A stretch of DNA of 64,000 nucleotides from an uncultured Desulfarculus sp. (GTDB taxonomy: Bacteria > Desulfobacterota > Desulfarculia > Desulfarculales > Desulfarculaceae): positions 3,200,001-3,264,000 of the forward strand of contig CAXXUK010000001.1 in the NCBI GenBank assembly GCA_963665125.2, read 5' to 3'. The translations under genes were made by a program, and so were the position numbers. This document shows, one piece after another, positions 1 through 9,671 of this stretch. Below the pieces are notes generated by a model. It saw nothing but the letters and a program-made list of their open reading frames with translations, did no database searches and had not been told where the DNA came from. Numbering within the stretch: position 1 is the stretch's first letter; each line of letters opens with the position of its first letter.

Positions 1-93
1 TACTTCCGGAAATAGGGGCAAACAAGCCAGACGGCCTGCCGAGCCAACCGGCCGCGGTAATTGTCGGCGTTGCCCAATGGACAGGGGGAAATC

Positions 94-1065
94 ATGGACC
101 ATGAGGCAAAGGCCGAGTATGCGCGTCAGACGCTCAAGGGTTTCGTGCAAAACGTGCCGGGCCTGCGAAAGTCCGTGGGCGATCCGGGCCGGGTGGATGA
201 GTTTCTGGCCAGGCTCAGCCGCGATTCCATAGTCTGGAACGGCCTTAAAATCAATCTGGACGTCATTGAAAGCACGCCGGGCGACCCGGTATTGATCTTT
301 CACCCGGGTATGAGCGGCTACAGTCGCCTGTATCTGTGCTTCCTGGGCCTGTTGGCCGAGAGTGGCTTCAACATCATCGGCATCGACCGGCCGGGCCACG
401 GCTTCAGCGACGGCGATGTGGGCGACGCCACGGTGGAAGACATGGCCGAAATCACGGCCCTGGCCGTCAAACGGGCAAAGGAACGCTTCAACCGGCGCAT
501 CGGCATGTTCGGATCGTCAATGGGCGGCATGATCACTTTTTACCTGCTGCCCGAACTCGGCGGCGTCAAGTCCGCCCTCTGCCACAACTGGCACTTCCCC
601 GGCACCAACGTGGACCCCAACGCAAAATGGAGCCGCCCCCACGCCCGGCGGCCCATCGCCCGGCTTTTGATGCGCTTGGCTCCGCGCATGAGCTTCAGCA
701 TGAAGCACGTATTCGACAAACACTTCCTGGAAAATTTCTCGGACTCCGAATTCATGGTCCGGCATCTGCGGGAATATGAACAAGACCCGCTGTTGGCCCA
801 CAGGTTGACCCTGCGCACGTTTTTGTCGTTCATGGGCGGCTTTGCGCCCACGGGATCATACGCCGACGTGCAATATCCGGTCATGGGCCTCATCGGCGAC
901 CGCGACGGCCTGGTGCCCCTGGAAAAAGAACGTCAGTGGTGGGACATGGCCGGGCTGGCCAAGGGCCGCCTGGAGGTGGTGCCCGACGCCGGACATCTGC
1001 TGTTTTTCGACGACTGCGACCGCAGCTTGGACATAGTGGCCGGCTGGTTCGCCGAAACTCTGTAA
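94..1065 (+). CDS. Alpha/beta hydrolase (lysophospholipase-like)
   Basis: HPGM oxyanion region, DRPGHGFS, nucleophile elbow GSSMGG, GDRDGLVP and AGH motifs; ATG at 94 follows GGGGGAA. Confidence 0.85.
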   Translation: MDHEAKAEYARQTLKGFVQNVPGLRKSVGDPGRVDEFLARLSRDSIVWNGLKINLDVIESTPGDPVLIFHPGMSGYSRLYLCFLGLLAESGFNIIGIDRPGHGFSDGDVGDATVEDMAEITALAVKRAKERFNRRIGMFGSSMGGMITFYLLPELGGVKSALCHNWHFPGTNVDPNAKWSRPHARRPIARLLMRLAPRMSFSMKHVFDKHFLENFSDSEFMVRHLREYEQDPLLAHRLTLRTFLSFMGGFAPTGSYADVQYPVMGLIGDRDGLVPLEKERQWWDMAGLAKGRLEVVPDAGHLLFFDDCDRSLDIVAGWFAETL

Positions 1066-1180
1066 CCCGAACCCAGGATAATAATCTTAAACTGCTGGCC
1101 AAACACGGTGTCGAACTGTTATGCATCATTACATCGCCTGATAAGGGGCGATTGCCTGCGCCATCAGCGGAGACAGGAGT

Positions 1181-2506
1181 TTGATCGATTACTTTGAGCT
1201 GCGCAATCACGGGACCGACGTCAGGCGGGAACTCCTGGCCGGGATCACCACCTTTGTGGCCTCGATGTATATCATTTTGGTCAACCCGGCCATCCTCCAG
1301 GGCGCGGGCATGCCCTACAACGCCTCACTGACAGCGACGGTGCTGGTCTCGGCCTTCAGCAGCATCCTCATGGGACTATACACCAACAACCCCCTGCTGG
1401 TGGCGCCGGGCATGAGCCTGAACCACATGCTGGCCCTGGCCGTGAGCCAGGTGGAAGGCGTCAGCTACCAGACGGCCCTGGGCTGCGTGTTCATCTCCGG
1501 GCTTGTTTATCTATTGCTGCTGATATTGGACCGCCGCCGCTATCTGATTAACGGCATTCCTCGCATGCTGCGTTTCGGATTCGCCGGGGGCATCGGCCTG
1601 TTCATCGCCCTGCTCGGCCTTGAGTCCGGCGGATTCATCATCGTGGGCCCGGAATGGGGTCTCAAGCTTGGGCCGTTCAACGCCCACAGTTTGACCTTTC
1701 TGGCCGGACTGGCCGTCACCGCCATCCTGGTGGTGCGCAAGGTCTCGGCTGCGTTTCTGATCGGCGTGTTTCTGACCACCCTGCTGGCCTGGCCTATCGG
1801 CCGCTGGTGGATCAATCCCCTGTCCCCCCAGGCGGCAGTGGTCTGGCAGGGGGTGTTGCAATGGCCGGACTTCAGCCTGCTGATGCAGCTCGACATCGCC
1901 GGAGCCCTGAATATTGTCCACTGGCCGCTGATTTTCGTCTTTCTCTTCAGTTGCCTGTTCGATTCGCTGGCCACCTGCGTGGGCGTCAGCGAAGCCGGGG
2001 ACCTGGTTGATCACCATGGCGCGCCCCGCAACCTGGTGGGCAGCCTCAAGGCCAGCGCCATTGCCGTGGCCGCTGCCGGGTTGTTGGGCACCAGCCCGGC
2101 CACGCCTTTTATTGAATCGTCCACCGGCGTGAGGGCCGGAGGCCTCACAGGCCTGTCGTCGGTGGTGGCGGGCCTGTTGTTTTTACCCTTTATGTTCTTT
2201 TCACCGCTGTTGTCCCTGGTCCCCGCCCTGGCCACGGCTCCGGTCCTGGTCCTGGCCGGCGTGTTCATGCTCAAACCACTGATTTACGTGCGCTGGGAGC
2301 GCTTTGACGACGCCATCCCGTTTTTCATGGCCATGATCCTGATGCCCCTGACCCACTCCATCACCCAGGGCATTATCTGGGGCTGCCTGAGTTGGACCCT
2401 GCTCAAGGCGGCCTGCGGCAAGTACCGCCAGATATCCCCGGCCCTGCTGGCCCTGGATGTGGTGGCGCTGTTTTTGCTGTTTCATTTGGAGCGCTTCGGG
2501 CATTAG
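1181..2506 (+). CDS. NCS2/AzgA-family nucleobase (purine) permease
   Basis: ELLAGITTFVASMYIILVNPAIL, APGMSLN and FIESSTGVRAGGLTGL motifs; many TM helices; GGAG RBS before TTG. Confidence 0.9.
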   Translation: MIDYFELRNHGTDVRRELLAGITTFVASMYIILVNPAILQGAGMPYNASLTATVLVSAFSSILMGLYTNNPLLVAPGMSLNHMLALAVSQVEGVSYQTALGCVFISGLVYLLLLILDRRRYLINGIPRMLRFGFAGGIGLFIALLGLESGGFIIVGPEWGLKLGPFNAHSLTFLAGLAVTAILVVRKVSAAFLIGVFLTTLLAWPIGRWWINPLSPQAAVVWQGVLQWPDFSLLMQLDIAGALNIVHWPLIFVFLFSCLFDSLATCVGVSEAGDLVDHHGAPRNLVGSLKASAIAVAAAGLLGTSPATPFIESSTGVRAGGLTGLSSVVAGLLFLPFMFFSPLLSLVPALATAPVLVLAGVFMLKPLIYVRWERFDDAIPFFMAMILMPLTHSITQGIIWGCLSWTLLKAACGKYRQISPALLALDVVALFLLFHLERFGH

Positions 2507-2516
2507 GGATTAACAG

Positions 2517-4268
2517 ATGATCCGAAAACTGATGCAACTTCTGCAGCCCGAGGAAAAGCGCCTGCTCCTGGACGGAGGCAGTCAAGTCAGCCGCTATCAA
2601 CACTCCTATCAGCAGTCCCTGCACACCCACAGCGAAATAAAGCTGGAAACCATACTCCGGGAATATCAGCGGGTCGGTTCCAGCCTTCACCGGGGGGCCG
2701 ATTCGGACGAAGTCATCACCTCGGCCTTTTTGTACTCCTGCAACCGGCTGCCCGACTGCCTGCCCGTGGTGGACGACAGTATCGTGGCCAGCAGCATACA
2801 GGCCATTGAAGGCTGCGGCTTGGCCGAAGATATAACCTCCTGGACCCAGGTCTTTGCCGAAAAACGCAGGCGCATGGCCTTCTTCGACGGTAAAAGCAGG
2901 CTGATTCTGCTGGTGACCAGCCTGTCGGACCTCGACGATGTCATCCCCGGCTTGTGCGCTTATCAGATCGAGTGGAACAAGATGCACCGGCGCCTGGCCG
3001 CGGACGGCCTGGCAGCGGAGTTGGCCTCGGGCCGGATAAAGGCCTCGGACGCCCACCCCAGGCTGCGGCACGCCCTGGGCCTGAACCGGGCCGACTTCGA
3101 CGCCCTTAAGCAGCTTTGGGGCCAAGACTGGGACTCCAAGATGGCGGCCATTTCCGCCGCGCCCAAGGACTTCCGGGTGCGCATCCTGCCGCTGTTGGAG
3201 GACGACTTCCGCGGACTTTCCCGGCAGTGGTGGGAAGCAGTGCTGAAAAAGTTCGCCGGCCGGGACATCGCCAACCGGCCGGTATACGTGGTGACCAGCA
3301 ACAATCATTCCCTGGTCAACCTGGTATTGGGATTCGCCCAGCGCCACCAAGACCGGATCAGGGAATTCGCCCGGGAAAACTGCGATGATGAATTCAGGCG
3401 CACCATGCGGCGGCTGGAAGTGGAAGACACCCTGACCTGCCGCAATCTGCTGTATTTGGCCCAGACCGATCTTTTGGCCCAAGATCCGGACCTGGACCGC
3501 GCCAAGGCCGAAATGGAGGCCGCCAGCGGCATCCTGAGGACCAGTCCCCTGCCGCCGCTTTTGGCCGAGGCCCAGCTTATCGAACTGGGCAAGCTGGACT
3601 CGAGAACCCTGGACCCGCGCCTGAAGCTCCGGGACGCCGGGAAGCTGGCCCAAAGCGACGCGCTTATCCTCAACACCGACTATCCCCTTGGTTTCGCGGC
3701 ATATCATTTACTGGAGACGGCGGCCGAACATCTGAAAAATTGGCGGGGTCTTTTCATTCTGGGCAAGAGCGCGGCCATGATCGGCCGCCTGGGCGACATA
3801 TTGCTGCCGTCCCAGGTCCGGGACGTGCACTCCCGGCGGCTGTACCGCTTTGACAACTGCTTCAGCGCCCGCAATCTGGCGCCGTATCTTTGCGACTGCG
3901 CCGTGTTTGACGACCAGCGCTCGCTGACCGTGCACGGAACATTTCTGCACGGCTGGGAAACCGTGAGGGAACTGCACCGGGCCGACTTCACCGTAATCGA
4001 GATGGAGGCCGGGCCCTGCCTGGCCGCCGTTCAAAACATTTGCGGCGCCAGCCGTGACCGGGGCCAAGAGGCCCACCGCCTGCGCCTGCCCCCTGATTTC
4101 CATTTGGGCATACTGCATTACACCTCGGACACCCCATACAATGTCCGGGCCAGCCTGCTGAGCCGTCCCCTGGGCCTCACCGGCCTGGAGGCCACCTATG
4201 CCTGCTCACTGGCCATAATGCAATTCATCATTGATAGACAGTGCGGCAAGGGCAGTCCGGAATTTTGA
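2517..4268 (+). CDS. Conserved protein (DUF6909-like) with a C-terminal nucleoside phosphorylase/hydrolase-like fold
   Basis: YQIEWNKMH, SNNHSLVN, DYPLGFAAY, ILGKSA, IEMEAGP and YTSDTP motifs; family name recalled, not searched. Confidence 0.65.
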   Translation: MIRKLMQLLQPEEKRLLLDGGSQVSRYQHSYQQSLHTHSEIKLETILREYQRVGSSLHRGADSDEVITSAFLYSCNRLPDCLPVVDDSIVASSIQAIEGCGLAEDITSWTQVFAEKRRRMAFFDGKSRLILLVTSLSDLDDVIPGLCAYQIEWNKMHRRLAADGLAAELASGRIKASDAHPRLRHALGLNRADFDALKQLWGQDWDSKMAAISAAPKDFRVRILPLLEDDFRGLSRQWWEAVLKKFAGRDIANRPVYVVTSNNHSLVNLVLGFAQRHQDRIREFARENCDDEFRRTMRRLEVEDTLTCRNLLYLAQTDLLAQDPDLDRAKAEMEAASGILRTSPLPPLLAEAQLIELGKLDSRTLDPRLKLRDAGKLAQSDALILNTDYPLGFAAYHLLETAAEHLKNWRGLFILGKSAAMIGRLGDILLPSQVRDVHSRRLYRFDNCFSARNLAPYLCDCAVFDDQRSLTVHGTFLHGWETVRELHRADFTVIEMEAGPCLAAVQNICGASRDRGQEAHRLRLPPDFHLGILHYTSDTPYNVRASLLSRPLGLTGLEATYACSLAIMQFIIDRQCGKGSPEF

Positions 4269-4325
4269 TCCGCCGCGGGCTGTGCTATACTGCCCCTGCC
4301 CGTTTGATTTAGGGAGGATTTAGCG

Positions 4326-4958
4326 GTGAGCCCCATGGGCCAGACAGCGGAACAGGAAAGCGGACTGCCCCTCGGATGCCTGGAAGGTGATCCGGCGGCG
4401 TGGAACGATTTCGTGCGCCGCTTTTCTCCGCTGATCCGCCAGGTTATCGGGGCCACCCTGGCCCGTTTCAACGCCGCCGACCGCTCCCAGGACCGGGTGG
4501 CGGACCTGTTCCAGGGCGTGTTCCTGGCCCTTTGGGAAGACGACCGCCGCCGCCTGCGCAGCTTCCAGGGCCGCAACAACTGCTCAGTCAACACCTGGCT
4601 GCGGGTGGTGGTCTCGCGCCTGGTTATCGACGCCCTGCGCCGCACGAACCCGCACACAGTTGCCTTGGCCGAAGAACAACCCGATGATGATGACGCCCCC
4701 TCTGGAGTGGTGTTGGCCGATGAAGCCCCTCTGGCCGATGAACGGGTGCAGGCAAGGCAAGCCCTGGATTTTATCCGGGATGAGATCAATGAAATGGATC
4801 AACGGGACCGGCTGGTGTTGAAGCTGCGTTTTCTAGACGGGATGAGCGGACAACAAGTAGCTGAAATGCTAGGCATTTCTCGCAATCATGTCGATCAGAT
4901 TTCGCACAGGGTAAAAAATCGCCTCAAAGACAAGGCGGCCCAGTACGGATATGTATAA
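4326..4958 (+). CDS. ECF sigma-70 factor
   Basis: Region 2 (DLFQGVFLALW...TWLRVV) and region 4 HTH (GMSGQQVAEMLGIS); GGGAGGA RBS. Confidence 0.9.
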   Translation: MSPMGQTAEQESGLPLGCLEGDPAAWNDFVRRFSPLIRQVIGATLARFNAADRSQDRVADLFQGVFLALWEDDRRRLRSFQGRNNCSVNTWLRVVVSRLVIDALRRTNPHTVALAEEQPDDDDAPSGVVLADEAPLADERVQARQALDFIRDEINEMDQRDRLVLKLRFLDGMSGQQVAEMLGISRNHVDQISHRVKNRLKDKAAQYGYV

Positions 4959-5005
4959 GATTTTGGTATCGGGATTCGTCCATTAACCCAGGGAATGACC
5001 AGGCT

Positions 5006-6475
5006 TTGAGCAATGACGCCAAAATAGAAAACCTGCTCAGGAAAGCCATGACGCAAGACATGCAAAATAACAGCAGTGCGCCCGGCAATTGCCCGGACGA
5101 CGAAATGCTGGCCGCATACCTGGACGGCGGACTGGACGAGACCGGGCGCAAGGCCGTGGAGGCCCACCTGGAAACCTGCGATGAATGCCGCCTGATGCTG
5201 GGCCTGGCCTTCCAGAGCCAGGAAGAACACAGCGCCGCCTACAGCCAGGAGATGATGGACCAGGCAAGCGCCTTGGCCAAGCCTCGCCAGGCCAAGGCCA
5301 AGGCCGTCCGTAGCGGCCAGACAAGACTGTGGGACCGGGTGTGGTCCTGGCTGTCTCCGCCAAAGCTGGCCCTGGGCGCGGCGGCGGTCATCGTCGCGGT
5401 GTTAGTCGTCGGCGTGTTTGATCCGGACCAACCCGGCTATATGGCCAAGATGGACCTCGAGACACCTGTGCAACAAGCCCCGGCCGATGCCGTGACGGCG
5501 CCGATGATGGTGCAGGAGGCGGCTCCGGCCGCGCCGCCCGCCGAGGATGCGGTTTCCGCCGTGGCCCTGGCTCCGGCCCTGGAGAAAAAAGCCCCGGCTC
5601 CTGCGGCGATAGCCCCGGCTACCGTGGCCAAGTCGACCGTAGCTCCGGCGGCAATAGCTCCGGCGGCAACGGTCAGGCGGGAAAAGGCCAGGGTTGTTAC
5701 GCCACCGCCCGGCGGCGCCAGGGTCTTCAGATACGAACAGACCACGCCACCGGCGCCATGCCTGCAGGATGAAATGCGGCTGGGCCGGGCTCCCCAAAAC
5801 TGCCAGCCCCTGATGGCCGCCGCGGTGCCGTACCCCAAAGTGCCCAGCCTGGGCTTCTACAAGATGCGCGCCGGCAGGGTGGCCGGTTATCAATTCGAGT
5901 ACACCTCTCCGGAGTTGATGGCCAGGGACCTGGCCGAGGGCAAATACAAGATCGCCCTGGCCGACACCGCGCTTTTAGGCGGGTTGCCCCAAGGCTATGA
6001 GGCCGTTGACGTGGCCCGCTATCCCTTGGCCGTGGTTGTCAACGCCGCCAACCCGGTGTCCGGGCTGAGCCGGCCACAGCTGCGCGATATCTACGGCGGC
6101 AAGATCACCAATTGGCGGGAGGTGGGCGGCCCCAATGAGCCCATCGAGGTTCTGGCCCTGCCCGCCAACACCTATGCGGCCCAATTGTGGAACGTATTGA
6201 TCGGCGGGCAAGGCGGCGCGGCGGTGGTGGCCCGGCTGGAGGTCATGCACTATCTGGCCCAAACCCCGGCGGCGATCGGCTACGTGCCCGTGGCCCAGAT
6301 ACGGGGCATGCAAAACACCAAGGCCCTGGCCATCGACAATGTCTCGCCGCTAGGCGCCGAGGGCGGATTCAACAAGGCCTACAAGTTCGGCGGACAGATT
6401 GCCGTGGTCTACCGCGGCGGCAACAAGAACCAGGCCCAGGAACTGGCCCGGCGGATCAAGGCCGAAAGCAACTAA
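5006..6475 (+). CDS. zf-HC2 anti-sigma factor fused to a PstS-like periplasmic binding domain
   Basis: HLETCDEC zinc motif, one TM helix, Ala/Pro linker, then LAVVVNAANPVSGLSRPQLRDIYGGKITNWREVGG. Confidence 0.8.
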   Translation: MSNDAKIENLLRKAMTQDMQNNSSAPGNCPDDEMLAAYLDGGLDETGRKAVEAHLETCDECRLMLGLAFQSQEEHSAAYSQEMMDQASALAKPRQAKAKAVRSGQTRLWDRVWSWLSPPKLALGAAAVIVAVLVVGVFDPDQPGYMAKMDLETPVQQAPADAVTAPMMVQEAAPAAPPAEDAVSAVALAPALEKKAPAPAAIAPATVAKSTVAPAAIAPAATVRREKARVVTPPPGGARVFRYEQTTPPAPCLQDEMRLGRAPQNCQPLMAAAVPYPKVPSLGFYKMRAGRVAGYQFEYTSPELMARDLAEGKYKIALADTALLGGLPQGYEAVDVARYPLAVVVNAANPVSGLSRPQLRDIYGGKITNWREVGGPNEPIEVLALPANTYAAQLWNVLIGGQGGAAVVARLEVMHYLAQTPAAIGYVPVAQIRGMQNTKALAIDNVSPLGAEGGFNKAYKFGGQIAVVYRGGNKNQAQELARRIKAESN

Positions 6476-6491
6476 CAGAGCCTATTTAATA

Positions 6492-6542
6492 AAATAAGCC
6501 GGACCGCCAGCATGATCAGCTGATGGTCCGGCTGTTTATTTT
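6492..6542. terminator. Bidirectional intrinsic terminator
   Basis: AGCCGGACC...GGTCCGGCT stem with A/T tracts on both sides, between convergent genes. Confidence 0.7.
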
Positions 6543-6556
6543 TATACGGTGCGGGG

Positions 6557-7342
6557 TTATCGGGTCCCGCCGGCCTTGAGTTCCATGCGGCGAAGCTGCT
6601 CAAGATACCCGATGACCCAGGCCGGAGGATGCAGATTCTTACCCGGATTGGCCTTTTGGACCTGGTCCAGCATCAGGTAAATATTCTGCCGGGCCTGCTT
6701 GTAGTCGCCCCTGGCGGCGTAGGCGTCGGCCAGTTCCAGGCGCAGCTCCAGGTTGCCGGGCTCGCTTTTGATCAGCTGCTCCACCTGGGCCGCGGCCTTT
6801 TCGGTCTGGCCCTGCAAGACCCAGATGCGCCGCTGATACGCGGCGGACCGGGCCGGGTCGGGCCGTTCGTCGGTGATCTCCAGGTCGGCCGGAAAAACCC
6901 GCACCATGCCCAGAGCCCCGCCGCCTAGATCAGCGGCATGTTCCAGGGCGATCTGGTATTTGCCGCTGGCCAGCGATCCCTGGGGCAGCCAGACGATGCG
7001 CAGGGACTTGTCGCCGCCGAGCATGGTCTTTTTGGGGGCGATGGTCTGCCAACTCATCTCCACTGTCTGGCCCTTGTCATCGGTGATCACCGGCTTGAGC
7101 CAGCCGACGGCCGACAGGTCCAGGTCCTTGTCCAGGGGGTTGTCCAAGACCAGGCTGACGTACAGCGGCGTATCGGCCGGGAAGCTGGCCGCGCGCAGGT
7201 CGTTGACCAGCAGCGAGGCGATGATGTTGTCCGAGCGTTGCGGTTCGGGCTTGGGTTTTTCGGCCAGGGCCGGGCCAGCCGCCATGGCCGCCAGGCACAC
7301 GGCCAGCGTCATCATCAAAAGGTTTATCCTAATCGGTTTCAT
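6557..7342 (-). CDS. Secreted TPR-containing protein
   Basis: Signal peptide; C-terminal TPR-like helices (LRLELADAYAARGDYKQA); 14 bp downstream of the metallopeptidase gene. Confidence 0.7.
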   Translation of the reverse strand: MKPIRINLLMMTLAVCLAAMAAGPALAEKPKPEPQRSDNIIASLLVNDLRAASFPADTPLYVSLVLDNPLDKDLDLSAVGWLKPVITDDKGQTVEMSWQTIAPKKTMLGGDKSLRIVWLPQGSLASGKYQIALEHAADLGGGALGMVRVFPADLEITDERPDPARSAAYQRRIWVLQGQTEKAAAQVEQLIKSEPGNLELRLELADAYAARGDYKQARQNIYLMLDQVQKANPGKNLHPPAWVIGYLEQLRRMELKAGGTR

Positions 7343-7356
7343 AAACGATTCCCCGC

Positions 7357-9648
7357 TTAGTAGCTTTTAATCTTAATTTTGCCCAAACAACCGCCCTCGG
7401 TGGCGTCTCCGCACTGTCCGGAGCCATGGGGCGTATTGCAAAAATGGGTTCTTTTCTTGTAGGGGTCCGTGTAATCGACAAGTTTGCCGCCGGAGAGCCA
7501 GCGGCCCAGATTGGTCTGGGGCACCCAGTCCAGAGCGATGAACTTCTGGGCGCAGTTATATTTCATGAAGCAGTCTTCATCCCCGGAGTGCTGGCCGCCC
7601 AGGCAGGCGATCCAAACCTCCTTGCCGTTCAAAGTGCGGAGGCCTTCGGTATCGCCGTGGTGGGGCAAGCCCATCTGGTGGCCGATTTCATGGGCCAAAG
7701 TACCAACGGTGTCCGAATCTGCCGTATTCAAGGCGAAATTGAACATTGAACTCGCACCCAACATTATCAACGTGTTGTGGTTCCGGCCGGGCGGGCCGAT
7801 GGTGGTGAACCCGGCCACTTGGTCTTCCATGCTCACGCCGGGGCACTGGTTCAGATCCATGACCACGATGATGTACTGGTCGCCGTTTTTGTGTTCGCCG
7901 TCATCGTAGTTGATGCAGTCGTACTTGAACTCATTGCCCGCCAGGCGCCACAGGTTGATTTCCTGTTGGCGGAAAAGGCTCCCCACCTCCCGCAGATGAG
8001 GGTTGTAGTTTCCGCTGTAATCATGAACGAAAACGTCGATGTAAACCGGCGACAGGCGGAAGTGGCGGCCTTGAGCGTAGACGCCCCTATATTCCTCAAA
8101 CACCGTCAGCCCGTCGCCCCGGTTGGGGTTGCCCATGATACTGTCGTCATCAGCATCCGGGTCGCCCGCGCCCCACTGTTTTTCCCATGTGTCTTGCAGG
8201 CCGTCGTGGTCCTTGTCCAGGGGCAGCAACAGGTGGATGCCGTCGCTGTCGGCCGTGTCTCCCTTTGCCGCGGCGGCATACCAAAGCCCGCCGACCTTGA
8301 CATAGGCCTGAAGCTTGGCCGAGGCAGCCCCGTCCATGACCCTTAGTTTGGCCGTGTAGGTGTCGCCGCTGATCTTGTCGGTCTCGATGGATTGACAGAC
8401 GGTGTATCGCAGGTTTTCGCTAACCGCGTCATCGCCCATGATGTAGTCGGAGTTGTCGGCGTCAGTAAAAAAGACATCCGGCAGGCTGTCGATGGGGCAT
8501 TCGTTGTAGTGGGTGTAGTGCCGCATCAAGGGCATGTCCGCCCCATCAACGGGGAAAAACACCTCCCAGGGCCAAGACTCGTCCTTGACGCCCAGGGTGC
8601 AGTCGGGGCACTGGTCGCCGCGCATGTGGTTGCCGCCGTTTGTGACGATGCCCTTGTGCCGGCTTGTCTCGCTGAGAACGAACTTGACCGCGTCGACTTT
8701 ATCAGGCCCCGGATCAACCAGGCGCAGCCGATACTCTCTGGTTTCGCCCGGCGTGGGTATCCACGTCTTTTCCTTGCTGTCCGCCGGCTCCAGTTCGGCC
8801 TTTATCTCCATCATGGGCGCCATGACGAAATCGTAGCGCAGGGTGAAGCTGGTGTCGGTGATCGTCTGCTCATGGAGTCCGCAACGAAAGGGCACCGTGG
8901 TCGTGCCGTTGAAGCTCAGCAACATGTCTTGCAGGGAGAACGGCTTTTCAATGGGCAGGGGGCCGTCAAGGATCCAATCCAGGACGCCCACACGGATGTT
9001 TTCGTGAGGGGTTTTGGCATTCTGGCCAAAAGATATACGGGCGCCATTGATCAAGCCTTCGGCGAAGATGTGGCAATAGGCCTGTTTTCCATCGGCCTGA
9101 CGGCTCTCCACCACAATGCTGTGGGCAACAGCGCCACTCTTGGCTTTATGCAGCACGCCACATGTTTTGTACATCCAGTCGGCGACCTCTAGGCTTGGCG
9201 TTTTTGTTTTGGGGGGTGGTGGGGGCATTGTTAGTATCTCGCTCATATGGGCGTACTTGCTGCTTACATGCTCGCCCACTGAATCGCGGCAGACTTTTTT
9301 ATGGCTCACCGTGATATTGACCGTATACGACTGGGGCACGATCTCATACTTGTCCAGCAGATCGGGATTGTAGCGGATCAAACCCTGTTTGGCCTGTGTC
9401 ATTGTCAAGATCGGCCGGATGTAAAAGCCTTTATATTCTATATGCATGCGAAGCACCGACCCGGCGTTGCCCACGGCCTCCACCCAAAAATGCCCGCCCA
9501 TGTTGTCCACGGCGATCACGGTTTCGGTGAATAAGCTCTCGGCCAATTTTTCGGCCTTTTCCCTGCCGATCCATTTGGTCTGGGCCGCGGCAGTGGTGCA
9601 GCTGAAGATCAGGATCAGGCACAGCAACTTGCAGATTTTTCCGGTCAC
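7357..9648 (-). CDS. Large secreted Cys-rich metzincin-like protein, paralog A
   Basis: GTG start with GGGAGA RBS; signal peptide; DKDHDGLQDTWE Ca-type motif; HEIGHQMGLPH (HExxHxxGxxH); CFMKY Met-turn candidate. Confidence 0.75.
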   Translation of the reverse strand: MTGKICKLLCLILIFSCTTAAAQTKWIGREKAEKLAESLFTETVIAVDNMGGHFWVEAVGNAGSVLRMHIEYKGFYIRPILTMTQAKQGLIRYNPDLLDKYEIVPQSYTVNITVSHKKVCRDSVGEHVSSKYAHMSEILTMPPPPPKTKTPSLEVADWMYKTCGVLHKAKSGAVAHSIVVESRQADGKQAYCHIFAEGLINGARISFGQNAKTPHENIRVGVLDWILDGPLPIEKPFSLQDMLLSFNGTTTVPFRCGLHEQTITDTSFTLRYDFVMAPMMEIKAELEPADSKEKTWIPTPGETREYRLRLVDPGPDKVDAVKFVLSETSRHKGIVTNGGNHMRGDQCPDCTLGVKDESWPWEVFFPVDGADMPLMRHYTHYNECPIDSLPDVFFTDADNSDYIMGDDAVSENLRYTVCQSIETDKISGDTYTAKLRVMDGAASAKLQAYVKVGGLWYAAAAKGDTADSDGIHLLLPLDKDHDGLQDTWEKQWGAGDPDADDDSIMGNPNRGDGLTVFEEYRGVYAQGRHFRLSPVYIDVFVHDYSGNYNPHLREVGSLFRQQEINLWRLAGNEFKYDCINYDDGEHKNGDQYIIVVMDLNQCPGVSMEDQVAGFTTIGPPGRNHNTLIMLGASSMFNFALNTADSDTVGTLAHEIGHQMGLPHHGDTEGLRTLNGKEVWIACLGGQHSGDEDCFMKYNCAQKFIALDWVPQTNLGRWLSGGKLVDYTDPYKKRTHFCNTPHGSGQCGDATEGGCLGKIKIKSY

Positions 9649-9671
9649 GTTGTCTCCCGCGATGCCTCGAA

